DNA of 48,718 nucleotides from Patescibacteria group bacterium (GTDB lineage: Bacteria; Patescibacteriota; SICC01): assembly GCA_040900285.1 (NCBI GenBank), contig JBBDZG010000002.1, positions 1 to 48,718 of the forward strand, written 5' to 3'. Within the stretch, counting starts at the first letter, position 1, and each line of letters starts with the position of its first letter. Shown in pieces: positions 1 through 7,272 of the stretch. A model generated the notes under the pieces. That model searched no databases, was not told where the DNA came from, and saw only the letters and a list, made by a program, of their open reading frames with translations. The position numbers were made by a program, and so were the translations under genes.

Positions 1-54
1 ACCTGCGACTTCCGGCTCCGCAAGCCGACGCTCTATCCACTGAGCTACAGGCGC
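1..54 (-). tRNA. tRNA-Arg (anticodon GCG), 3' part cut off by the window edge
   Basis: The reverse complement reads GCGCCTG-TA-GCTC-AGTGGATA-GAGC-G-TCGGC-TTGCGGA-GCCGG-AAGTC-GCAGGT. This gives an acceptor strand, a GCTC/GAGC D arm and a TCGGC/GCCGG anticodon stem. The 7-nt loop has GCG at positions 34-36. The T arm runs off the window. Confidence 0.85.
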
Positions 55-192
55 AAGGAGTGAGTGAAGCGGGAAGCTTGCTTACCGCTTCCGAACGACG
101 CCGCGCCAGTACATAGTACAGGCGCATCTGCGACGGCGCGCTTTCCCCATTGTAGCGGACTGTGCCGGTTACTTTGCCCGGATCGGGCCGGG

Positions 193-639
193 TCAACGTT
201 TTTCCAGTTCCTTGCGCGGGATGACGCGGATCGTCGTCCCGTTCTTAGAGGCGAGGTCACGGACGTTGACTCCCGTATCTGTCCGCCGTACGCCGAAGTG
301 ATACCGTGAGACGGTTTCCGGCAAGATCATGCCAGGGTTGTCGACACCGCGCCCGATGATTACCTCATGGTCGGATGGTATCCTATGGAACCGATCCATA
401 CGGGCCTGGTTGTCGGGGTAGTCAGGGGTCGTCAGTACCACGACGGATTCCCCGAACTCGTCTCCCTCCGCGATCCGGAACGTGGCCGTGTCGGCCTTCA
501 GCTCGAGCACGCTGTCATCCAAGTCGACGTACCGCCCTTCGTCGTCCAGCCGGACACCTTCGGCCAGCTCCGCCTCGGTTGCCGGCGGATACTCCTGGTA
601 TCCTGATTCGTCGGGCCGATCGGCCTCCGCCCGACTCAT
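193..639 (-). CDS. FHA domain-containing protein
   Basis: The C-terminal half has the FHA signature (IIGRG...SRYHFGV...VRDLASKNGTTI) after an acidic N-terminus. I prefer the ATG at 639 because it forms an ATGA overlap with the stop of the upstream gene at 636-638. The longest ORF starts at 651. Confidence 0.8.
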   Translation of the reverse strand: MSRAEADRPDESGYQEYPPATEAELAEGVRLDDEGRYVDLDDSVLELKADTATFRIAEGDEFGESVVVLTTPDYPDNQARMDRFHRIPSDHEVIIGRGVDNPGMILPETVSRYHFGVRRTDTGVNVRDLASKNGTTIRVIPRKELEKR

Positions 640-1166
640 AGCCGTATCCATCGACCGAGCTTGTCGATGAAATCCTCGGTCTCCTTAGGCTGCTCGACGA
701 GGTGGTCCTTGAGCGCGTTCTGCACCGCCAGCGGGTCGACGTCGACCAGATGCACCTTGATCAACGGCTTGAACCGGCTGGTGCCCTGCAGGGTCAGCGT
801 CTTCACCGGCGGCTTGTAGATGATCCAGAACGATTTGAGCTCGCTGAAGGGGTGGAACTTGTCCGCGACCTGGACGCCCAGCTTGGAGATCGAGATCGCC
901 AGCGTGCGCGGCTTGTCGTCGGCGTGGCGCACGACTATGTAGGTCGCCAGCGCGAAGACGACCGACGCCAGCCACTGCTTGAGTACCAGGGCCCCGGCCA
1001 CGAGTAACACGCCGATCACCAACGCGACGGCGTACCATTTCCTGTTCCGGTCGTATTCCTCGAACTCCTTGGCTTCCCAGGCCAGGATCGGCCGCTCGGA
1101 GCGTCGCTGCATATTAGCGGCGCCCGTCTTGGCAGGGGCGTTCGACTGGTTTTGCTGCTTAGCCAT
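636..1166 (-). CDS. Hypothetical two-TM membrane protein with a PH-like soluble C-terminal domain
   Basis: 176-aa ORF with a basic N-terminus and two adjacent hydrophobic helices (WYAVALVIGVLLVAGALVL, WLASVVFALATYIVV), followed by a beta-rich domain. It is preceded by canonical promoter P1 and translationally coupled to the FHA gene. Confidence 0.65.
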   Translation of the reverse strand: MAKQQNQSNAPAKTGAANMQRRSERPILAWEAKEFEEYDRNRKWYAVALVIGVLLVAGALVLKQWLASVVFALATYIVVRHADDKPRTLAISISKLGVQVADKFHPFSELKSFWIIYKPPVKTLTLQGTSRFKPLIKVHLVDVDPLAVQNALKDHLVEQPKETEDFIDKLGRWIRL

Positions 1167-1184
1167 GGCTTAGATAATTGGCTA

Positions 1185-1213
1185 ACTATAGCACTTTTTA
1201 ATCAAAGTGTCAA
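1185..1213 (-). promoter_or_regulatory. Sigma-70-type promoter P1 (TTGACA-17-TATAGT with TGn extension)
   Basis: The minus strand reads TTGACActttgattaaaaagtgcTATAGT, followed by tagccaattatctaagcc and the ATG at 1166. The -35 overlaps the SemiSWEET stop codon. Confidence 0.6.
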
Positions 1214-1491
1214 TGGCGGGACGATCTTTTCCCATCACGCCGGTCGTAATATATCGATAGTCCGAATACCAACGAGACGCCGACTACCGCGACCGAATAG
1301 GTAATGATAACCGGAATTTCTCCGAGATGGATGCCGTAAAACAGCCAGATGATACTGAAGGTGAACCAGATGGAGAACGTAATCAGGGAAATGTCGTGAG
1401 CCGATTTGTTTCGGTAAAGCTTCAGCGCTTCGGGAAAATAGGCGGCGCTCGCGGCGACGCCGCTGATTGCGGCAAATAGTTCGACGGTCAT
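1210..1491 (-). CDS. SemiSWEET / PQ-loop family small sugar transporter (3 TM)
   Basis: About 93 aa from the ATG at 1491, which follows an AGGAG SD. There are three hydrophobic helices. The loop FPEALKLYRNKSAHDISL matches the PQ-loop motif PQxxKxxxxKSxxxxS. The longest ORF (to 1545) would run through its own promoter. Confidence 0.75.
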   Translation of the reverse strand: MTVELFAAISGVAASAAYFPEALKLYRNKSAHDISLITFSIWFTFSIIWLFYGIHLGEIPVIITYSVAVVGVSLVFGLSIYYDRRDGKRSSRH

Positions 1492-1535
1492 GGCTATGGG
1501 GCTCCTGTCGTGTCTTAGAAAGAAATAATCGCTTA

Positions 1536-1564
1536 ACCATAGCACTTTTTATCTAGCGTGTCAA
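1536..1564 (-). promoter_or_regulatory. Sigma-70-type promoter P2 (TTGACA-17-TATGGT with TGn extension)
   Basis: The minus strand reads TTGACAcgctagataaaaagtgcTATGGTtaagcgatt. It lies just downstream of the tRNA-Ser(GCU) 3' end and upstream of the SemiSWEET gene. Confidence 0.65.
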
Positions 1565-1567
1565 GTG

Positions 1568-1657
1568 CGGAGAGGGTGGGATTCGAACCCACGCGCCGGC
1601 TGATGCCGACCTACAGGATTAGCAATCCCGCCCCTTAAGCCACTTGGGTACCTCTCC
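1568..1657 (-). tRNA. tRNA-Ser (anticodon GCU), long variable arm, CCA not encoded
   Basis: The reverse complement has acceptor GGAGAGG/CCTCTCC and anticodon stem-loop CGGGA-TTGCTAA-TCCTG. It also has a long extra arm (GTAGGTCGGCATCAGCCGGCGC) and T arm GTGGG-TTCGAAT-CCCAC. Confidence 0.9.
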
Positions 1658-1808
1658 GTGTCGCGATGTTAAACGCGGTTCCATTGTACCGTGTGTCGAT
1701 TATGGTTTCCGGCTCGCGTCGACATCCCTTTGCCGCTTGATTGAGACGAAAGTTTCCCATACCGTGAAGGGTCGCTCAAAAGCTTTAACAACCCGTCCAA
1801 TCAATTCT

Positions 1809-2222
1809 TCATGACCCGATGAATTCCTGATCCGCTGTCGACAAGGAGGAAGGATGCCCACGATAGCACCGCCGGACACCCACCGGATCGTACGCAACGA
1901 TCCCGAAGGGATACCAAGCGAGGAACGCGATCCCGTTGGAGAGGTACCCGATGATGGCATTTGCCATTTGGAAGACGGGGACGGCCGCACCCTGTGTGGC
2001 GCGAAGTACTGCTTGGCCATGCCGCTGAGCGAGCTTCAGAACCCGAAAGCCTCCCCCTGCGAAGGCGGCTGTGGCAATAGCCGCTGCCAAAAATGCGCTT
2101 CGCTCGCGTAGTACCGGATCGGGTCGTGAAGTACGGTGTGTGGCAGGATTATATCTGAAGACTTCTTCTTCAGCCTGCCATGCACCAACCCGATTGATTG
2201 GGCGGATTATAATCCGTCTCAT
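1809..2222 (-). CDS. Hypothetical small membrane protein candidate, possibly frameshifted (call uncertain)
   Basis: 137-aa ORF on the same strand as both flanking tRNAs, with its ATG 4 nt after the tRNA-Ser(UGA) 3' end. It has two hydrophobic segments (AFLAAAIATAAFAGGGF, ANAIIGYLSNGIAFLAWYPFGIVAY). A protein-like continuation (HEELIGRVVKAFERPFTVWETFVSIKRQ) lies in another frame downstream to 1700. The plus-strand ORF at 1854-2111 is a competing model. Confidence 0.3.
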   Translation of the reverse strand: MRRIIIRPINRVGAWQAEEEVFRYNPATHRTSRPDPVLRERSAFLAAAIATAAFAGGGFRVLKLAQRHGQAVLRATQGAAVPVFQMANAIIGYLSNGIAFLAWYPFGIVAYDPVGVRRCYRGHPSSLSTADQEFIGS

Positions 2223-2226
2223 CCTG

Positions 2227-2313
2227 CGGAGAGGGAGGGATTCGAACCCCCGAGACCCTTGCGGGCCTGCCGGTTTTCAAGACCGGTGCTTTCGACCGCT
2301 CAGCCACCTCTCC
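2227..2313 (-). tRNA. tRNA-Ser (anticodon UGA), long variable arm, CCA not encoded
   Basis: The reverse complement has acceptor GGAGAGG/CCTCTCC and anticodon stem-loop CCGGT-CTTGAAA-ACCGG. It also has an extra arm and T arm CGGGGGTTCGAATCCCTC. Confidence 0.9.
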
Positions 2314-2361
2314 GTGCCCTTACCTTACCGCGGGGACAAGGTCGCCAAAACCGCCGTGACG

Positions 2362-3684
2362 TCACAAGCTGGATGATCCCGGTCCGGGGGTTCCGGATTG
2401 GGTGCCGGGTCCGGCACCGGATCCTCCCAGGAGCCCGGAACCCAGGGCGTCGTTCTTGAGCCGTCCCGGTCCCGCCGGGTTGTATCCGCGCCTGACCTCG
2501 GCGCCGTCGGGGTACGAGTCGCCGTCCGTGTCGCGCTTGGACGGATCGCTCCCGTAGGTGATTTCCTCGTAGTAGGACAATCCGTCCCTGTCGGTGTCCT
2601 CCTCCAACCGTGCCATCAGCTCCTCGAGCGTCACCGACCCTTCCGGCACTTCGACGGCGCCGACCTTATCGTCGAAGTTCTTCAGCTGGAGGGTGATCTC
2701 GGTGTCCGCGCTGGTCCCGTCCTCCAACGCGCTGAGGCCGACCGCCGCTTTCCGCAGTAGCTTCGTCCGCTTGTCGACCATGATCTTCCCTGGTTCGAAC
2801 GTCACCGACTTCAAGCCGTCCTCGAACGACTTCCGTTCCTCGTCGGGCATGTCCTCCCCCTCGACGATCCGATAGACCCGGGGGGCGGCTTCCTTGAGCC
2901 CTTCCTTGTCCAGGCGATATTCGATCACGTGGGCGCTGTCGCCGTCCAGGGACTCGCTGCCCGCGTTCTTCAACGTGAGCGCGCCCGTCTCCTTGAGGAT
3001 CCGGACGATTTCCTTTGACTCTTTTTCGGTGATCTCCTTGCCGTCGCCCTTCGCCTGCCCCGTGGTCTGCTCCACGAACTCTTCCTCGAACTCGATCCAC
3101 TGTCCGAGGAAAGGAGTCACGTATTGCTTGAACTCGTCCGGAGCCTTGGTCAACTGGACGTACACTTTGTTCTTCAGTTGCCGTGCTTCCAACGCCCCCT
3201 CGTAGGTCTTGGTGCCGTCCGAGACCGACCCGCCTAACGCCACGGATACCCGCGGGTTGTCTTCGTCCCGCTCGTCGAACACGCCCTGCATCGACGCGGT
3301 ATAGTCGAACGTTTCACCGGCCGCCTGGGCCCGTCCGACGATCGGCTCGGGGAGTGCGGCGTTCTCCGTCTGTTTGTATTCGCCCTTCATGTCGAGGTCG
3401 TATTCGAAGGCCCGGACCGTCTCCATGTTGCGGACCATCTGACCGAGGATCCGTTCCGGCGTCGCCCGCAGCAGGAAAAACCAAGCGGCGAATGCCGTAC
3501 CCGCCAGGACAATCGCCGACAGGCCGATCAGCGCGTTCCGCAGCCGATGCGTGGCCGCAGGTACCGGCTGTGGCGTTACGTTGTCCGTCGAAGCCGCCGC
3601 TGCCGTTTCACCCGACGCTTGATGGTACGCGACGTCTTGCGCGTCAGCCGCCGCCTGGTTGATTTCTTCGTCTAGATTGTCCAT
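2362..3684 (-). CDS. Membrane-anchored surface protein with C-terminal thrombospondin type-3-like calcium-binding repeats
   Basis: 440 aa with a single N-terminal TM helix (ALIGLSAIVLAGTAFAAWFFLL). The C-terminus carries DTDRDGLSYYEEITYGSDPSKRDTDGDSYPDGAE (DxDxDG repeats), then a Gly/Ser/Pro tail. Promoter P3 lies 12 nt upstream of the ATG. Confidence 0.7.
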   Translation of the reverse strand: MDNLDEEINQAAADAQDVAYHQASGETAAAASTDNVTPQPVPAATHRLRNALIGLSAIVLAGTAFAAWFFLLRATPERILGQMVRNMETVRAFEYDLDMKGEYKQTENAALPEPIVGRAQAAGETFDYTASMQGVFDERDEDNPRVSVALGGSVSDGTKTYEGALEARQLKNKVYVQLTKAPDEFKQYVTPFLGQWIEFEEEFVEQTTGQAKGDGKEITEKESKEIVRILKETGALTLKNAGSESLDGDSAHVIEYRLDKEGLKEAAPRVYRIVEGEDMPDEERKSFEDGLKSVTFEPGKIMVDKRTKLLRKAAVGLSALEDGTSADTEITLQLKNFDDKVGAVEVPEGSVTLEELMARLEEDTDRDGLSYYEEITYGSDPSKRDTDGDSYPDGAEVRRGYNPAGPGRLKNDALGSGLLGGSGAGPGTQSGTPGPGSSSL

Positions 3685-3696
3685 AAAAATTGCTTA

Positions 3697-3725
3697 ATAG
3701 TAGCATTTTTTATCACTCCCGTCAA
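3697..3725 (-). promoter_or_regulatory. Sigma-70-type promoter P3 (TTGACG-17-TACTAT with TGn extension)
   Basis: The minus strand reads TTGACGggagtgataaaaaatgcTACTATtaagcaattttt, followed by the ATG at 3684. Confidence 0.6.
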
Positions 3726-3800
3726 CCGGCGGCCGCCCGGTACGAAAGTCCGCCGCTTGCGCGTTGACCGCCGGGCAAGCATCATGAATTCTTGTCGGCA

Positions 3801-3829
3801 TTGACAAAAATACTCAAAAGTGTTATGGT
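3801..3829 (+). promoter_or_regulatory. Sigma-70-type promoter P4 (TTGACA-17-TATGGT) for pilB
   Basis: The plus strand reads TTGACAaaaatactcaaaagtgtTATGGTtacgtaatttc, about 36 nt upstream of the pilB ATG. Confidence 0.65.
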
Positions 3830-3865
3830 TACGTAATTTCTGAACAAATATGCACGTGATACGAC

Positions 3866-5782
3866 ATGGCTGACGACAAACTGACAGCACGGGAGCGAGC
3901 CAAATTGGCCGACTTCGTCCGCAAGGATCTGGACGCAAAGCAACCTGCGACGTCCGCCACGTCCGGCGACGATTTGGGGAGCGACCTGAAGAAAGGCGAG
4001 GAAGTACGGCGGAAGCAGCTGCACTCGATGACCCCTTCCGTGAAGGACGACCGCGAGGTGGTCAAGCAAGCCGACGTCGCCGAGACGCATGTCCCGAACG
4101 TGGAGGAAGACATGGACTTCTTCTCGCGCGGCAACGTCAGCAAGGTGGTCGACGAACTCAAGGCCGAGAAGGTCGAGGAAAAGCAGCGCGAGGCGGCCAG
4201 GAAAGCGAACCTGCCGTTCGTCCGGCTGATCGGCTATCCTATCAACCCCGAAGTGCTGGCGATCATCCCGCGCGAGATCGCGGAACGGTACGGCATCATC
4301 GCGTACATCAAGGCCGGCCGGAAGGTCCGGCTCGGCGTGGCGCGGCCCGGCACCAAGCAGACCGTGCAGGCGCTGGATTCGCTGCGTCGCTCTACGCCGT
4401 TCGAGCTCCTGATCGCGGCCATCGGAGAGGACTCGTACCGGTATGCCATGCAGCTCTACGACGAGCTGCCGCAGGACGTGAAGTCCGCGTCCGACGTGTC
4501 AGTGAGCGAGCAGGAGAAGAAGTCGTTCGAGACGGACATCAAGTCGTTCCTGGACCTCAAGGCGAAGATCACGAACGTGCCGACTACCAAGGTCGTGGAC
4601 ACGCTGCTCAGCGGCGCGGTGAAGGTCGGCGCCTCCGACGTGCACGTCGAGCCGACGGAAACCGGCGTCCGGATCCGGTACCGGATGGACGGCGTCCTGC
4701 ACACCGTCGCCGACTTCAAGGCCGACATCCTGTCGGGCCTGCTCTCGCGGCTGAAGTTCCTCGGGAAGCTGAAGCTCGACGTGAACAAGATGCCGCAGGA
4801 CGGCCGGTTCACCGTCAAGGAAGGCGCGGGGAAGAAAGCTCACGATATCGACATCCGAGTGGCGACGATGCCGTCCCAGTACGGGGAGGCCGTCACGATG
4901 CGGCTGCTCTCGCGCGACTCCGTGAAGATCGGACTCGACTCGCTCGGCCTGACCGGCGAGGCCCGGAAACTGGTGCTGGCGGCGGTCGCCAAGCCGCAAG
5001 GCCTGGTGCTCGAGTGCGGGCCGACCGGTTCCGGCAAGACCACCACGCTGTATTCGCTGCTGATGCGGCTCAACGACCCGGAGAAGAAGCTTGTCACGCT
5101 GGAGGACCCGGTCGAGTACCGGCTGCCCGGGGTAATCCAATCGCAGGTTGATCCGGAGCATGGGTATGACTTCGGTGAGGGATTCCGGTCGGTGCTGCGG
5201 CTCGACCCTGACGTGCTGATGATCGGGGAGATCCGCGACCAGAAGACCGCGGACCAGGCGGTCCAGGCCTCGCTGACCGGCCATATCGTGCTGTCGACGC
5301 TCCACACCAACGACGCGCCGACCGCGGTCCCGCGGCTCACCGACCTGGGCGTGCGGCCGTTCCTGCTCGCGAACGCCATCAACGCGGTCATCGCCCAGCG
5401 GTTGGTCCGGAAGGTCTGCCCGCATTGCACGGTCGAGACCAAGCCGGATGCCGCGGCGATGGACGTCGTCCGGAAGACCCTGAAAGAGCTGCCGAAAAAG
5501 GCGAAGGACAGCCTGCCGCCTGAGAAGGAGTGGCTGTTCATGAAGGGCAAGGGCTGCGCCCGTTGCAACGGCACCGGGTATTCGGGACGGATCGGCATCT
5601 TCGAGGTCCTGACGATCAACGACGAACTGGAACGCCTGGCGATGAACCGGGTCCCGGTGAGCCAGATCCGGCAATCGGCCCGGCAGGCGGGTATGATGAC
5701 GATGGAACAGGACGGCCTGCTCAAGGCCCTGGCCGGGGTCACTACGGTCGACGAGGTCTGGCGGGTCGCCCGGGATATCTAA
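3866..5782 (+). CDS. pilB: Type IV pilus / type II secretion assembly ATPase (GspE/PilB family)
   Basis: 638 aa with Walker A GPTGSGKTTT, a T2SSE N-terminal domain (FVRLIGYPINPEVLAIIPREIAERYGIIAY) and an Asp/His box region. It also has the tetracysteine motif CPHC...CARCNGTG. Confidence 0.9.
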   Translation: MADDKLTARERAKLADFVRKDLDAKQPATSATSGDDLGSDLKKGEEVRRKQLHSMTPSVKDDREVVKQADVAETHVPNVEEDMDFFSRGNVSKVVDELKAEKVEEKQREAARKANLPFVRLIGYPINPEVLAIIPREIAERYGIIAYIKAGRKVRLGVARPGTKQTVQALDSLRRSTPFELLIAAIGEDSYRYAMQLYDELPQDVKSASDVSVSEQEKKSFETDIKSFLDLKAKITNVPTTKVVDTLLSGAVKVGASDVHVEPTETGVRIRYRMDGVLHTVADFKADILSGLLSRLKFLGKLKLDVNKMPQDGRFTVKEGAGKKAHDIDIRVATMPSQYGEAVTMRLLSRDSVKIGLDSLGLTGEARKLVLAAVAKPQGLVLECGPTGSGKTTTLYSLLMRLNDPEKKLVTLEDPVEYRLPGVIQSQVDPEHGYDFGEGFRSVLRLDPDVLMIGEIRDQKTADQAVQASLTGHIVLSTLHTNDAPTAVPRLTDLGVRPFLLANAINAVIAQRLVRKVCPHCTVETKPDAAAMDVVRKTLKELPKKAKDSLPPEKEWLFMKGKGCARCNGTGYSGRIGIFEVLTINDELERLAMNRVPVSQIRQSARQAGMMTMEQDGLLKALAGVTTVDEVWRVARDI

Positions 5783-5804
5783 GATCGGCCGCGAGCCAGC
5801 TGTC

Positions 5805-7256
5805 GTGAAACAAAACATCCGCCAGACCGCTCTCTTCGTCGCGTGGTGTTTCCTATTGGGAACCGGTTTGGCGGTGCCGTCGGCATCGGCGCAGACCGAA
5901 GCGCCGGACACGCTGCAACAGGCGCGGGCCGAAACGAAGTTCTATCAGAACCAGCAAAGCCGACTGGCGGAGGAACAGGTCGGCTCGGAAGAAGACATCA
6001 AGCTGGCGGAGGCCCGGCTGGCCAAGCAACGGACGGTGGTGGCGGAAAGCCGCCGCAAGCTCGAGGAAATCGACTCCAGGATCACCGCGCTGAAGTTCGA
6101 GCGCGGGAAAGCGATGGAAACGGCCTACGTCTCGTCAGGCAGCGACAGCCTGTTATACGCCCTGGTCGACTCCGGCTCGCTCAGCGAGTTCCTGCGGCGC
6201 GGCCAGTACACGATGTTCCTGATCGACCGGAAGGAGGACCTGGTCGACCGGTTGGACGACGAGATCGCGAGCCTCGACGACCAGCGGCGGGACCTGGTCA
6301 CCGGGCAGAACGGACTGGAATCCGAGATCAATGACTTGGCCGACCGGATCGCGCTGCTCGAATTGCAGCGGGAGGCGAACGCGGACCGGCTGGCAGGGGC
6401 GGCCGCCCGGGAGCGGTACCTGAGTTCGCTGCTGGGGTTCTCCGATCGGAACGAGCGCGACTTCGTGAAGCGCAACGAGCCGGTCGGCGGACGATTCGCA
6501 TTCGCCGGCGGCGGGACCGAGCACGGCCTCGGCATGAGCCAGTACGGGGCCAAAGGCGCGGCCCAGCGGGGTTGGGACTATAAGAGGATCCTTTCGCATT
6601 ACTACCAAGGAAGTCGCATCACCAACGTCGGCACGTTCTCGACCAACCAGGGCGGCTCCGAGGAGTACGTCGCCCGGGTGGTCGCCGGAGAAGTGCCTTC
6701 GAGCTGGCCGATGGAAACATTGAAGGCTCAGGCGGTCGCCGCTCGGAGTTACGCGTACCGGAACCAGGGCAACCAGGATTGTTCGCCGGCGACCCAGGCC
6801 TGCGGCTCCGGTTCGGCCCGGGCCCGGGAAGCGACCCGCGCGACCAAGGGCCAGGTGCTGACGCATGGCGGATCCGCCATCGCCGCGTACTACCACTCGA
6901 CGTCCGGCGGCTGGACCGAGAACAACGAGAACGTCTGGGGCGGCACGCCGCTGGCCTGGCTGCGAGGCGTGCCCAGTCCGTGGGAAACTGATTCGCCGCA
7001 CTGGTATTGGGAGTCGAAGTCGTACTCGCGAGGTCAGATGGAATCGATCCTGAACCGGGATTCCCGGACGAACGTCGGCCGGCTGCAGACGATCAAGATC
7101 GTCGGCCGCGGCGTGTCCGGGCGGGTGACGTCGATGCGGATTGTCGGTTCCGGCGGTACCAAGACCGTGTCCGGCCCGCGGTTCAAGAGCATCTTCAACG
7201 CGTACTCGCCGGACGACGAACCAGGATTGCGTTCGACGTTGTTCGGATTCCGGTAG
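5805..7256 (+). CDS. SpoIID/LytB domain protein (lytic transglycosylase-like) with an N-terminal coiled coil
   Basis: GTG start and a signal peptide ending SASA-QTE, followed by a long coiled coil. SpoIID motifs are present: GMSQYGA, LKAQAVAARSYA and YHSTSGGWTEN. Confidence 0.85.
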   Translation: MKQNIRQTALFVAWCFLLGTGLAVPSASAQTEAPDTLQQARAETKFYQNQQSRLAEEQVGSEEDIKLAEARLAKQRTVVAESRRKLEEIDSRITALKFERGKAMETAYVSSGSDSLLYALVDSGSLSEFLRRGQYTMFLIDRKEDLVDRLDDEIASLDDQRRDLVTGQNGLESEINDLADRIALLELQREANADRLAGAAARERYLSSLLGFSDRNERDFVKRNEPVGGRFAFAGGGTEHGLGMSQYGAKGAAQRGWDYKRILSHYYQGSRITNVGTFSTNQGGSEEYVARVVAGEVPSSWPMETLKAQAVAARSYAYRNQGNQDCSPATQACGSGSARAREATRATKGQVLTHGGSAIAAYYHSTSGGWTENNENVWGGTPLAWLRGVPSPWETDSPHWYWESKSYSRGQMESILNRDSRTNVGRLQTIKIVGRGVSGRVTSMRIVGSGGTKTVSGPRFKSIFNAYSPDDEPGLRSTLFGFR

Positions 7257-7272
7257 GGCGCGTCCGCGCCGC

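Noticed and set aside
55-192. Three hairpins between the FHA gene and tRNA-Arg (about 67-92, 98-120 and 176-192), considered as a possible small RNA
   Set aside because: They are short, not followed by U-tracts, and have no convincing promoter. They are most simply operon-end or tRNA-leader structure.
1854-2111. Plus-strand 85-aa ORF with an acidic leader and a seven-Cys C-terminal half, read as a RiPP or cysteine-rich peptide precursor
   Set aside because: The Cys/Gly-rich part is the exact antisense of an Ala-rich hydrophobic segment (GCN codons read backwards give NGC), a known artefact. No maturation enzyme such as a radical SAM, LanM or YcaO protein is nearby. I keep it only as the alternative gene model in the tRNA-islet finding because of its strong SD.
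2314-2361. TAAGGT 8 nt upstream of the tRNA-Ser(UGA) 5' end, and TAACAT 8 nt upstream of tRNA-Ser(GCU) at about 1666-1671, suggesting leaderless tRNA transcripts that would not need RNase P
   Set aside because: The hexamers are weak, there is no acceptable -35 or TGn extension, and two cases are too few. The idea cannot be supported from sequence alone.
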